Source: Bacteroidales bacterium
Lineage (GTDB): Bacteria; Bacteroidota; Bacteroidia; Bacteroidales; VadinHA17
Assembly (NCBI GenBank): GCA_021163295.1
Contig: JAGGXD010000186.1
Span: forward strand, 5,802-69,801
Direction of reading: 5' to 3'
DNA: 64,000 nt
How positions within the stretch are numbered: position 1 is the first letter of the stretch; every line of letters begins with the position of its first letter. Positions 22,214 through 31,756 of the stretch are shown piece after piece. Below the pieces are notes generated by a model. The model worked only from the letters and a program-made list of their open reading frames with translations. It searched no databases and had not been told where the DNA came from. Made by a program: the position numbers and the translations under genes.

Positions 22214-22278
22214 GAACAAGGAACACCGATTAACGATTTGCGAAGTGTTTGAAAATCTAAAATCGTTAATCCTTGTTC
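22214..22278. repeat. Long imperfect inverted repeat between rpsU and xerC-like gene
   Basis: GAACAAG (22214-22220) pairs with CTTGTTC (22272-22278). GATTAACGATTT (22228-22239) pairs with AAATCGTTAATC (22260-22271). The loop is 20 nt. Confidence 0.7.
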
Positions 22279-22363
22279 GATATTCAAAATGTCCTAATAT
22301 TATAACGTTATAGATAAGCACTAATTAAAAGCATTTAGTATACATTCCTGTAAGTGGATGTTG

Positions 22364-22555
22364 CTATTCTTCTTCTTCCTGAATCTTTTGTTTATATACT
22401 GCTTTCTTTATAACTTCACGCTTCTTCTTTGAAGGTTTTATATAGGCCTGCCTGTCCCTGAGTTCCCTTATTACTCCGGTTTTTTCAAATTTTCGTTTGA
22501 ATTTCTTCAGCGCTCTTTCAATATTTTCACCTTCTTTTACTGGAATTACAATCAT
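22364..22555 (-). CDS. rpsU: 30S ribosomal protein S21
   Basis: 63 aa. MIVIPVKEGENIERALKKFKRKFEKTGV...RQAYIKPS is a canonical S21. Confidence 0.9.
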   Translation of the reverse strand: MIVIPVKEGENIERALKKFKRKFEKTGVIRELRDRQAYIKPSKKKREVIKKAVYKQKIQEEEE

Positions 22556-22584
22556 ATTAACCTTTTTTATTTAAAACTGAGCCG

Positions 22585-22615
22585 CAAATTTATAAATTGA
22601 TATCTTTTTATCAAA
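22585..22615 (-). promoter_or_regulatory. Putative rpsU promoter (TTTG / TAnnTTTG)
   Basis: Minus strand carries TTTG (22615-22612), a 19-nt spacer, then TAAATTTG (22592-22585), 29 nt upstream of the rpsU ATG. Confidence 0.5.
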
Positions 22616-22749
22616 CAGATTTCAAAAAAAAATAAATTTAAAAAATAATAGTACCTGAATAAAGAAGTGACTAAAGTTAAAACTCCTTCTCATTTACTCA
22701 CTAAATTTAATATTTTTTTAACTCTAAATCAAATAAAAAGAACAAAAAA

Positions 22750-23673
22750 TCAATTTGACTCCTTAATACTCACTACAAGGTACGGTTTGATCTTTGAAAA
22801 ATTTTCTTCAGGAATTATCCTGTTGTCTATTAATTCGTTAACATCTTTAATATTTCCCTGAATATCTCTGTAATTTAATATACCCTTAACTGTATAAACA
22901 TCCAGATAGGGGTGCCTGATTAATTTTGTATAAGCAGCACTATTAAGGTCAATTCTTGTTATTCCGTTTGTATCAATATTAACTGCCTGACTAATATTTT
23001 CAAATGTCTCGTACGATAATCCATACACTTCAAGCAGTTGTTCTTTCCTGACAAACCCCCCTAACAGGTTCCTGTATTTTAATATTCTTCCAGCTAAAAC
23101 CGGACCAATACCCCGTAAATCTGTAAGTAAAAGAGAGTCAGCTGAATTAAGCTCAATTAATGGCGCTTTTTTTTCATTGACTAATTTACGTGTACCGGTA
23201 TTTACATCCGTGGCATTAATTTCCCGAATCTTTATGTATGGCTCTGCCTGTTTATACCAATCCATTTTCAAACCGTATATCTTCTTAATATCTTCGGGTT
23301 TATAAAACCGACCGCCCTTCTTTAAATACTTTCTGATATTGTTTATTGTTTTTTCAGAAAGGCCTAGATGCTTCCACTTATCAACCGAAAGATCATTCGG
23401 ATCAAATTCAAAAAACTGAATATTATCCATGTTCTCAAATGTTTTCTCCCCGTTCTTTAAAGATAAAACATCATCTTCTGCACTACTGATCAATTGTTCA
23501 AATGCCTCAATCTCATTCTTGAAATCTGTAAAGTCGGTTGACCGGTTAACAATAATCTTTGGCATAATAAGATATCCTGCCAATACAAAGATTATAAGGA
23601 CAACCAATATCAGGGTTCCATTCTTTTCTGCTTTTGAGAAAGAAAAGTATTGATTCAGAAAATTGCGGATCAT
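22750..23673 (-). CDS. Helix-hairpin-helix (ComEA-like) DNA-binding protein with N-terminal membrane anchor
   Basis: 307 aa with one N-terminal TM helix. Two HhH units: ELNSADSLLLTDLRGIGPVLAGRILKYR and IDLNSAAYTKLIRHPYL. Confidence 0.6.
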   Translation of the reverse strand: MIRNFLNQYFSFSKAEKNGTLILVVLIIFVLAGYLIMPKIIVNRSTDFTDFKNEIEAFEQLISSAEDDVLSLKNGEKTFENMDNIQFFEFDPNDLSVDKWKHLGLSEKTINNIRKYLKKGGRFYKPEDIKKIYGLKMDWYKQAEPYIKIREINATDVNTGTRKLVNEKKAPLIELNSADSLLLTDLRGIGPVLAGRILKYRNLLGGFVRKEQLLEVYGLSYETFENISQAVNIDTNGITRIDLNSAAYTKLIRHPYLDVYTVKGILNYRDIQGNIKDVNELIDNRIIPEENFSKIKPYLVVSIKESN

Positions 23674-23746
23674 AGGTTTAAGTCAGTTATCAGGAGACCA
23701 AATTAAAAACATGGCCATGCAAAGTAATTAAAAAGGTTAACACTAT

Positions 23747-25237
23747 TCAAATGCAACTGTAAAATTCTCCTTTCTTTAACCTGTTCATATAATCTTTCAT
23801 TTCTTTAACAACAATTGGGGACAATATTAACAATCCGATTATATTAGGGAAAGCAAGGGTAAGCACCATCATATCAGAAAACTGTAATACAGAATCAAGC
23901 GTTGAAGAGGATCCGATTATAGTGAACATTGAAAACAGTATAAAATAGGTATAAACAGTAACCCGGGTATTACCAAATAGTTTTCTAAAAACTTCACCAA
24001 ACAAATAAGTAAAACCTTTCAATCCATAATAAGACCATGAGATCATTGTTGAAAATGCAAAGAGTAAAATAACAATAACCAATAAATATGGGAACCATGG
24101 AAAAACTGTTTCAAAGGCAGCCGAAGTAAGCTGAGTGCCTTCTAAGCCATGAGGGTTTTGATAAAACCCGGAAAATATCAGGACAAGGGATGTAATAGTA
24201 CATATTATTATTGTGTCAATAAAGGGACCCAGCATAGCAACTATTCCCTCTCGTACAGGTTCGTTTGTGCGGGCTGCTGCATGTGCAACAGCTGCTGAAC
24301 CTACTCCGGCTTCATTTGAAAAAGCACCCCGTTGAAATCCTGTAATTAGTACTCCTATTAATCCTCCTTTTATTGCCTGGGGATGTATAGCACTTCGAAA
24401 AATAAGAGTAAAAACATCATCAATACGATCCAAATGAATAACTATTATTACCAGAGCAGCACCGATATAAAATAATGCCATAAAAGGAACAAGTTTTCCA
24501 GTTACCCTGGCAATACTCTTAATCCCTCCTATTATTACAATCCCTACAAGGAATGCCAAACCCAGACCAAACCAAAAGCCATATTTCTCTGCCCCGGGAA
24601 TAAGTAAAGAGAACTGAGCAAATGCCTGATTTGATTGCAACATATTGCTTCCGCCAAATGAAGCACCAACCATAAGCAGTGCATACAGGCCCGCCAGAAA
24701 TTTCCCGAACCATCTGATCCCCTTTGTTTCTATTGAATTTTTCAAATAGTACATCGGACCACCCGAAACCTGACCATTTTTATCAATTTTTCTGAATTTT
24801 AGTCCGAGCGTGCATTCTGTAAATTTCAATGACATTCCAAAAAACCCGGCAATTATCATCCAAAATGTAGCACCAGGCCCACCAACAGTAATAGCTACTG
24901 CAACACCTGTTATATTTCCAAGACCAACAGTCGCCGAAAGTGCTGTCGCAAGTGCTTGAAAATGTGAAACCTCACCCTTTTCTCCCGGTTTATCATAATC
25001 ACCCTTAATTAGCCTTATTGCATGCGGAAAAGCTCTGATATTAATAAATTTCATTCGAATTGTAAAAAAGACTCCACCCAGAATCAACCACAAAACAACA
25101 ATAGGAATTTTCGCACCAATATCCCAACCTACAGCCTTAAACGGATCCCAGAAAAATACTTTTTCCATTATCTCAACCAAAGGTTCAAATGCTTCATTAA
25201 TACGGCCGCTGAGGGTTGGTGAATCGGGACTGATCAA
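23747..25237 (-). CDS. Alanine/glycine:cation symporter (AGCS family)
   Basis: 496 aa and polytopic. SHFQALATALSATVGLGNITGVAVAI and FSNEAGVGSAAVAHAAA are AGCS signatures. The track start is TTG, so the exact start is uncertain. Confidence 0.85.
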   Translation of the reverse strand: MISPDSPTLSGRINEAFEPLVEIMEKVFFWDPFKAVGWDIGAKIPIVVLWLILGGVFFTIRMKFINIRAFPHAIRLIKGDYDKPGEKGEVSHFQALATALSATVGLGNITGVAVAITVGGPGATFWMIIAGFFGMSLKFTECTLGLKFRKIDKNGQVSGGPMYYLKNSIETKGIRWFGKFLAGLYALLMVGASFGGSNMLQSNQAFAQFSLLIPGAEKYGFWFGLGLAFLVGIVIIGGIKSIARVTGKLVPFMALFYIGAALVIIVIHLDRIDDVFTLIFRSAIHPQAIKGGLIGVLITGFQRGAFSNEAGVGSAAVAHAAARTNEPVREGIVAMLGPFIDTIIICTITSLVLIFSGFYQNPHGLEGTQLTSAAFETVFPWFPYLLVIVILLFAFSTMISWSYYGLKGFTYLFGEVFRKLFGNTRVTVYTYFILFSMFTIIGSSSTLDSVLQFSDMMVLTLAFPNIIGLLILSPIVVKEMKDYMNRLKKGEFYSCI

Positions 25238-25344
25238 AACTAATGTTATAAATTGTATCTAATTTGTATAATTTTTGTCTTGATAATTGCAAATTTCATT
25301 ATACTTTGCATTTATAAAGTCGATTGCCGACTGTGAACTTCCGT

Positions 25345-26709
25345 CTAATTCCCAAATATCCCAAGTTTATACAAAAAGACTAATGCTATTGCAATTGGAG
25401 CAATAAACTTCACAATAAACATAAACGTAGGCAAATACCTGACCTTAATACTCCCTGAATTTGAGAGTTCGTCCCCGGTAATTCTGGCTTTGAGGAACCA
25501 ACCAATAAAAATAACAATAAAAAATCCTCCAACCGGCAGCAAAATATTGACTGTCGCAAAGTTTGTTAATTGAAAAATATTCGAGCCAAACAAAGTCAGG
25601 TCAGAGGCCCACCCCCAGGATGCAGCTGCAAAAATCCCTACTGCTGATATGGATACTGCTGCAAGTATGGTCGCCTTTTTCCTCACCATTTTCAATTCCT
25701 CAACAAAATAAGCAACTACTACTTCAAGTATCGATATGGTCGAGGTTAAAGCAGCCACTGCCAGAAGAATAAAAAACATAAATGAGAAAATATATCCACC
25801 GGGCATTTGCTGGAATATTTTTGGCAAGACAATAAACACCAGCCCTTCTTCAGAGGCCGGATCAATACCAAATGCAAAAACAGCAGGAAATATAGCAACG
25901 CCGGCAAGAATAGCAACGAAAGTATCGGCTAATGAAACACTCAGAGCCGTATTTGCAAGATTTTCTTTTCTTCTTATATATGAACCATAGGTAATAAGTG
26001 TACCCATACCGATACTTAATGAGAAGAAAGCCTGCCCGAGTGCTTCCAAAACAGTTTTACCATTGATTTTTGAAAAATCCGGTTTAAACAGAAATGATAA
26101 TCCTTCTGATCCGCCCGGTAATGTCAACGCCCTGATATCCAGTATAATTATCAATGCTAATAAGATTGGCATTAATATCTTTGTATATTTCTCAATGCCT
26201 TTTTGAACTCCTGCCAAAACTATCCAGGCAGTTAATGCCATAAATACTACCATCCATAACAAAGGCCTGATTGATCCTTCTCTGAAACCATCAAACATGG
26301 TTGTAAGTTCTTCCGAAGTTTTTCCTTCAAATGCATTAGTAACTGACTGGTAAATGTATTCCAGGGTCCATCCTGCCACTGTATTGTAAAAAATCAGGAT
26401 CATAAAAGCAGCTCCTACGCCCATAAATCCAATAAGAAACCATGGTTTACCAGGTGCCAGCTTTTTAAATGCACCATATGGATTTCGTTGTGTCCGTCTG
26501 CCAATAACAAATTCAGACATCATCACCGGAATACCAATTCCTAAAACAAATAACAAGTAAACAACCAGAAAAGCCCCTCCTCCATTCTCTCCGGCAATAT
26601 AAGGGAAACGCCAGATATTCCCCAGTCCGATTGCAGAACCGGCAGTCGCTGCAATCATACCAAATTTACTGGTAAAACTATCTCGTGGTTGTAAATCCTT
26701 ATGATCCAT
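25345..26709 (-). CDS. Sodium-dependent transporter, SNF (neurotransmitter:sodium symporter) family
   Basis: 454 aa. The N-terminal FTSKFGMIAATAGSAIGLGNIWRFPY motif is typical of the NSS/SNF family, with about 11-12 TM helices. Confidence 0.85.
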   Translation of the reverse strand: MDHKDLQPRDSFTSKFGMIAATAGSAIGLGNIWRFPYIAGENGGGAFLVVYLLFVLGIGIPVMMSEFVIGRRTQRNPYGAFKKLAPGKPWFLIGFMGVGAAFMILIFYNTVAGWTLEYIYQSVTNAFEGKTSEELTTMFDGFREGSIRPLLWMVVFMALTAWIVLAGVQKGIEKYTKILMPILLALIIILDIRALTLPGGSEGLSFLFKPDFSKINGKTVLEALGQAFFSLSIGMGTLITYGSYIRRKENLANTALSVSLADTFVAILAGVAIFPAVFAFGIDPASEEGLVFIVLPKIFQQMPGGYIFSFMFFILLAVAALTSTISILEVVVAYFVEELKMVRKKATILAAVSISAVGIFAAASWGWASDLTLFGSNIFQLTNFATVNILLPVGGFFIVIFIGWFLKARITGDELSNSGSIKVRYLPTFMFIVKFIAPIAIALVFLYKLGIFGN

Positions 26710-26802
26710 AAATGTTAAATATTATGTTGAAAAAAAATATTATTTAAAATCAACAAATTTGTAAAAATTGAACTAATAATTAAAATTTTATGATTTAAAA
26801 TA

Positions 26803-29148
26803 TTAAAATGGGTAACCAATTCCAAGATGCAGAGTAAAATCATCCTTAAAATTCACTCCCCCTTTAGTAATAACCCATTTATTACTATCATTAATAGAAG
26901 GATCCCTAAGCTTCATTCCCAAATCAAGGCGGAAAATGAAAAATGAGAAATCAAATCTTGCTCCAAATCCGGTACCTAATGCAATATCATTATAGAATTT
27001 ATCCCATTGGAAAACCGAACCCGGCCGTTCATCTTCCTGCCTTATTGCCCAGATATTCCCGGCATCAAGAAACAGGGCTCCTTCAAGTACCCAAAAAAGC
27101 TTAAACCTGTATTCAAGGTTTGTTTCAACTTTTATATCAGCAGTTTGATTGTAGAAAGCTACATTACCCGGATCATAGGAACCAGGACCAAGCTCTCTGA
27201 CATGCCAGGCACGAATACCGTTAGCCCCTCCACTAAAATATTGCTTTTCGAATGGTATGGCCTGCGAATTTCCATACGGATAACCAATACCCAAAAAAGC
27301 ACGAAACACAAGCTGATCCGTCTTATTAGTATAATAATGATACCGAAAATCAATATCGCTTTTAAGGTATTGTGCATATTCCAATCCCAAAATACTGTAG
27401 TTTTCATTATCAATTTTTTGATTTGAAATATTCAGTAAACCGGATAAGGAATTTCCTGCAGACTCTATGTTAAGGCGAAAGAATATAAAATCTGAATTCT
27501 TCTTAATATTTTGGTTATTGAAAATATAGCTATAATTCAGAGATGTGATCAATACATCTTTATAACTATATGCCAGATAAGTAGTAGTATCAATTCTTTG
27601 AGCAAACCCGGGATCAATAACCGGCAGCTTCACTGCATTAATTTCCAGAGGATTCACTATATGCGAAGAATATTTTGATGATTGCCAGTGATATCCAAAA
27701 GAAATATTTGCAATAGTCCTGGTAAAAACAGGCCTTTTCTGATAATTATATGCAAATGATAAAAAGGTTTCAGGGTTATACTTCTTAATAAATCTTTCGG
27801 CATCAAGGAAAGGGAAAAGAAATTTTGGAAAATTAATTCTTGCTTCAGTACCAAACTCAAGTGTATTTTGTAAAGTGCCTGATTTTTCAGTAAGTGTTTC
27901 AAATGCACCTTTCAATTTAAGATCAAGAACTTCGGATCCTTTAAACAAATTACGGTGCTTATATAATAAATTTACCGCTCCACCTAGATTTCCTGCCGAA
28001 TTCGTGCCTTCAAGCTCAATAGTATAAGACTGAAGAGTAATGGGTATCAATTGAATGTGACAATCCAACAAATAGTTTTCCTCTTGCTTCCCTGTTTTTT
28101 CAACCTCGTTGAAATTAATATTGATAGACCTGTAAACATCGAGTGAGGTTAAATGTAAACGGGTTTGTTCCACATTGGTCTGGTCGTAATACTGACCCTC
28201 TTTAATATAATTCGATTGAAGAATACGTTTTGGTTTAACCAGGAAATTACTATCTCTTCCCATTATATCAAATCCGTCATAATTGAAAGTATCAAGATCA
28301 TGATAATAGACATCCGGATCAGCAAGGGCCGATTGCGGATCAAAGCCGGGGTAAATAAAAACATTGTTTATTTTGTGTTTTCTATGAGGGACTTTCAGAG
28401 TCCGGTTTGAAGCAGTTTGAATACGAAACATTTTTATTACCAACGTCAGGTCAAGCTGGTGATCACCCACGGTGCTATCAGCCTGAAAAGAAATATTTTC
28501 TTTCGAAAAATTATAATATCCCTTGTTTCTAACCAGTCGTTCAATTCTTAACCTATCCTGCTGAAGAATATCAACATCATATTTTTGCCCTCTCCGGATG
28601 ACTGATGAAATTGTATCACCCTGAATAATTTTAGCAATTGCTGTATCTTCGATCTGATAATTTAATTTTCTGATTTTAAATGGAATACCTGAATGAACCT
28701 GAAAAATAACCCTCGCTTTTTTCTTTTTAGTAAAAACCGTATCATTCACAGTAGCATTAAAGTATCCCTTATGAACAAGGAAGGATTCAATATCCTTACC
28801 GGATTTAGCAGTTTGAAATTCATCGTATATCACAGGTTCTTCACCTATAGTACGTAACCATTTATGGGGCCATTTTTCTTTCTCCTGATTTGATAAATTA
28901 TACAGTCCCAAATGAAATCGGAAACCAAGGACCTTTTTATTAGGCTTTTGCTTTAGATAATATTTAAGCTCACTTTTACTAATACTTTTTGTTTTTTGAT
29001 CAAACTGAATAGAGTTTTTATCAAGAAGTATCTTATTCTCAGGTATGTATTTAGTCGGATTACATGATACAAAAACAATAAGTAACAACCCTATAATAAA
29101 CAGGTTATATAAAACTGAAATATTTTTATTTGATCGACGAATTCTCAA
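26803..29148 (-). CDS. Omp85 (BamA/TamA) family outer-membrane protein
   Basis: 781 aa with a signal peptide and POTRA-like N-terminal half. The C-terminal beta-barrel has aromatic-rich alternating strands and ends HLGIGYPF. TTG start with no upstream ATG. Confidence 0.75.
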   Translation of the reverse strand: MRIRRSNKNISVLYNLFIIGLLLIVFVSCNPTKYIPENKILLDKNSIQFDQKTKSISKSELKYYLKQKPNKKVLGFRFHLGLYNLSNQEKEKWPHKWLRTIGEEPVIYDEFQTAKSGKDIESFLVHKGYFNATVNDTVFTKKKKARVIFQVHSGIPFKIRKLNYQIEDTAIAKIIQGDTISSVIRRGQKYDVDILQQDRLRIERLVRNKGYYNFSKENISFQADSTVGDHQLDLTLVIKMFRIQTASNRTLKVPHRKHKINNVFIYPGFDPQSALADPDVYYHDLDTFNYDGFDIMGRDSNFLVKPKRILQSNYIKEGQYYDQTNVEQTRLHLTSLDVYRSININFNEVEKTGKQEENYLLDCHIQLIPITLQSYTIELEGTNSAGNLGGAVNLLYKHRNLFKGSEVLDLKLKGAFETLTEKSGTLQNTLEFGTEARINFPKFLFPFLDAERFIKKYNPETFLSFAYNYQKRPVFTRTIANISFGYHWQSSKYSSHIVNPLEINAVKLPVIDPGFAQRIDTTTYLAYSYKDVLITSLNYSYIFNNQNIKKNSDFIFFRLNIESAGNSLSGLLNISNQKIDNENYSILGLEYAQYLKSDIDFRYHYYTNKTDQLVFRAFLGIGYPYGNSQAIPFEKQYFSGGANGIRAWHVRELGPGSYDPGNVAFYNQTADIKVETNLEYRFKLFWVLEGALFLDAGNIWAIRQEDERPGSVFQWDKFYNDIALGTGFGARFDFSFFIFRLDLGMKLRDPSINDSNKWVITKGGVNFKDDFTLHLGIGYPF

Positions 29149-29280
29149 AACTTGTAGTTAACGTTCTTCTTTCCGAAGACAAATATAATTATTATGAACT
29201 ACTATTTTTTGTTACTTTGCATTACCGGGTTAATATTTGAAATTTGGATTATCCGGGAATATTAATCTGATATAATCATA

Positions 29281-30072
29281 ATGTCATTCATGTTAAGTAA
29301 GAATAAGATAAAATTTATCAAATCGCTGGACAATAAGAAATCCCGGGATGAATCAGGGCAATTTATTATCGAAGGTAATAAAATTGTCAGCGAGTTTATT
29401 AACGCCGGCTGGAATATAAATTTGCTGGTTGCTCAACCCAGATGGACAGAAACATTTCCTGAGCGTGCTTTGCAAAATATTGAAGAGATTATTGATGTGG
29501 AAAATAATGAGTTAAGAAAAATAAGTTTACTAAAAACCCCTCATAATGTTCTTGCTATTGTTAATAAACCGGAATTCCTGATAAATTGGAATGAAATCCT
29601 GAATAATCTCACGCTCGTTCTTGAGACGATACAGGATCCTGGGAACCTCGGAACAATTATTCGAACTGCTGCATGGTTTGGAATCAACAATATTATCTGT
29701 TCTCCCGATAGTGTTGATGTCTTTAATCAAAAAGTTATCCAGGCTAGTATGGGGGCAATTCTCCGGGTTAAAGTACATTATACTAATTTGATTGATTTTA
29801 TGAACAGGATATCTGAAAACAATTTTCCTGTTTATGGAGCTTCCCTTGACGGTATGCCGATTTATAACTATGATCTAAGTGCAAATGGAATAATACTGCT
29901 TGGGAATGAATCATCAGGAATAAGTCCTTCCCTTAAGAAATATATTACACAGAAAATAAAAATCCCCTGCTTTTCTGATACTACAGAAGGCATAGATTCC
30001 CTTAATGTATCAATGGCAGCAGCAATAATCTGCTCAGAATTCAGGCGTAAAACCCGGGGTTATTCAAAATGA
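29281..30072 (+). CDS. SpoU/TrmH-family RNA 2'-O-methyltransferase
   Basis: 263 aa. The SPOUT motifs DPGNLGTIIRTAAWFG, LLGNESSGIS and SLNVSMAAAII are present. Confidence 0.8.
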   Translation: MSFMLSKNKIKFIKSLDNKKSRDESGQFIIEGNKIVSEFINAGWNINLLVAQPRWTETFPERALQNIEEIIDVENNELRKISLLKTPHNVLAIVNKPEFLINWNEILNNLTLVLETIQDPGNLGTIIRTAAWFGINNIICSPDSVDVFNQKVIQASMGAILRVKVHYTNLIDFMNRISENNFPVYGASLDGMPIYNYDLSANGIILLGNESSGISPSLKKYITQKIKIPCFSDTTEGIDSLNVSMAAAIICSEFRRKTRGYSK

Positions 30073-30773
30073 AAAGATAAAAGCCAGAGATTTGACTGTA
30101 GTCTGTCAATGGCTGTAACATAATGAGGATTACTCGTGGCAGGGTCATGAACAAGAACATCAAGCATTCCTACTGCAAGTTTCAGTTCGGTGGAAAATTT
30201 AAAATATTTATTGTAAAAGTCAATCCCAAAGCCAACCTCATAATATATATCAGATCTTCTTAATCTCAGATAAACTTTATCCCCATCGTCATATTCTTTC
30301 CTGGCTGCCAGATCTATCCGGTAATTTGCACCTCCGATAAGGTATGGTCTGAAATTATTTATTCGTCTTGACTTATACTTTATGATCATCGGGAACTCCA
30401 GGAACGATGACTCAATCTTGTTATCATCATTGAATATTTTCTTGTTCTTATGGTAAAAAATCGTTCTCTGTCCAAATGTAATTCCCGGTAGAATCCGAAT
30501 ATCAAAATATTCGTTCAGCTTAAAATTTGATACTATTCCCACATTAAAACCCGGACTTAACCTGCTCACATCAGCATATAATGAATCATATTCGAATTCT
30601 GAATCATAGAACTTATCAGATAGGGTAACGTTAAAATCCATAGTGTTTAACCCAACTGTAAAACCAAAATGTACCGGTTTCTTGTCATATATGGGATCGT
30701 GCCGTAATTTCTTTTTTTGTGCAAAAAGAATTGCAGGACATAAAAAAAACAATATGAAAAAATATCTACGCAA
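30060..30773 (-). CDS. Outer-membrane beta-barrel protein, PorT-like
   Basis: 237 aa with signal peptide MRRYFFILFFLCPAILFAQ. Alternating beta-strand pattern ending LLSFHFE. Its size and position next to ubiE resemble PorT/SprT of T9SS-bearing Bacteroidota (from memory). TTG start. Confidence 0.45.
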   Translation of the reverse strand: MRRYFFILFFLCPAILFAQKKKLRHDPIYDKKPVHFGFTVGLNTMDFNVTLSDKFYDSEFEYDSLYADVSRLSPGFNVGIVSNFKLNEYFDIRILPGITFGQRTIFYHKNKKIFNDDNKIESSFLEFPMIIKYKSRRINNFRPYLIGGANYRIDLAARKEYDDGDKVYLRLRRSDIYYEVGFGIDFYNKYFKFSTELKLAVGMLDVLVHDPATSNPHYVTAIDRLQSNLWLLSFHFE

Positions 30774-30787
30774 ATTTGTATAAAAGT

Positions 30788-30822
30788 GTTACGAGTTTCG
30801 GGTTACGGGTTACGAGTTCACT
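30788..30822. repeat. Heptad word array GTTACGA GTTTCGG GTTACGG GTTACGA GTTCACT
   Basis: Exact 7-nt periodicity read from the sequence. Related copies lie at 47755-47804 and 63691-63718. Confidence 0.85.
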
Positions 30823-30867
30823 TTAGCCACTTCTTAATTAAACTAAATATAGTCTGGAATATTTTGT

Positions 30868-31593
30868 CTAAAGTTCCTTTTTTCCATAGTACAAACACGC
30901 AATCCCCATAGTTAACTCTTCAAAACAGGTATCAGTGAAACCAACCTTTCTCATAATATCAAGAAAATCACTCCTGTCAGGGAAAGCATTTACTGACTCC
31001 GGCAGATAACTGTATGCCGACGCATCCTTTGAAAACAAGCTTCCCATAAATGGCAAAATCCGGAAAAAATAAAAATTAAATATTTTCTTAAATAACAGAC
31101 TCCGTGGTTTTGAAAACTCCAAAACAACTAATAATCCTCCTGGCTTTAGCACTCTCAATATTTCAGCAAGACCTTGATTTATATTTTCGAAATTCCGTAC
31201 CCCAAATGCTACCATTGCAGCATCAAATATCTTATCATCAAACTGTAATGCTTCCGAATCGCCATAAACAAGTGTTATTGATTTTTCAAGGTTTTTTCTT
31301 ACCAGCTTTTCTCTCCCTTTTGCAAGCATACCCTCAGATATATCTATTCCAATTATCATCCGGGGTTTTAGCTTTAGCGCTTCTATTGATAAATCACCTG
31401 TTCCACAAGCAACATCAAGTATTGTTTCAGGCGAAACCTGAGAAAGGATATGAATTGCTCTTCCCCTCCACCTGCGATCAATTCCGAAAGAAAGGAAATG
31501 ATTTAAAAAATCATAACGCCAGGCAATATTATCAAACATCCTGGAAATCTGGTCCTTTTTATTTCCTCCGGATTCTATATAAGGCTTTACCAC
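30868..31593 (-). CDS. ubiE: Demethylmenaquinone/ubiquinone C-methyltransferase
   Basis: 241 aa. MFDNIAWRYDFLNHFLSFGIDRRWR and the SAM motif LDVACGTGD are the UbiE/MenG signature. GTG start. Confidence 0.85.
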   Translation of the reverse strand: MVKPYIESGGNKKDQISRMFDNIAWRYDFLNHFLSFGIDRRWRGRAIHILSQVSPETILDVACGTGDLSIEALKLKPRMIIGIDISEGMLAKGREKLVRKNLEKSITLVYGDSEALQFDDKIFDAAMVAFGVRNFENINQGLAEILRVLKPGGLLVVLEFSKPRSLLFKKIFNFYFFRILPFMGSLFSKDASAYSYLPESVNAFPDRSDFLDIMRKVGFTDTCFEELTMGIACLYYGKKEL

Positions 31594-31756
31594 TTCGTTT
31601 TTGAAAAAATAAATAGCCGATCAGTAAATAAAGTTCAAATATAATAAAAGGGAATTAATCAGTATGCAATCGAAAGTTGGCAGTTGGCAAAAAAGAAATA
31701 AAAATGTTTTCGCTTCACCTTTTTTTCTAATTTTACGCTGATAAAACGCATCAAAT

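Noticed and set aside
25238-25344. Possible glycine riboswitch upstream of the alanine/glycine symporter
   Set aside because: I could not find the conserved glycine-aptamer core (no GGAGAG...ACCGAAGGGGCAA-type elements). Only a short AGTCG-GCAAT-CGACT hairpin (25318-25332) is present. That hairpin is more likely a weak terminator of the upstream SNF transporter gene.
31664-31741. 25-aa basic upstream ORF (MQSKVGSWQKRNKNVFASPFFLILR) before the SDR gene
   Set aside because: It is very short, overlaps the GTTGGCA GTTGGCA word repeat, and has neither a signal nor a recognisable motif. It is most likely fortuitous.
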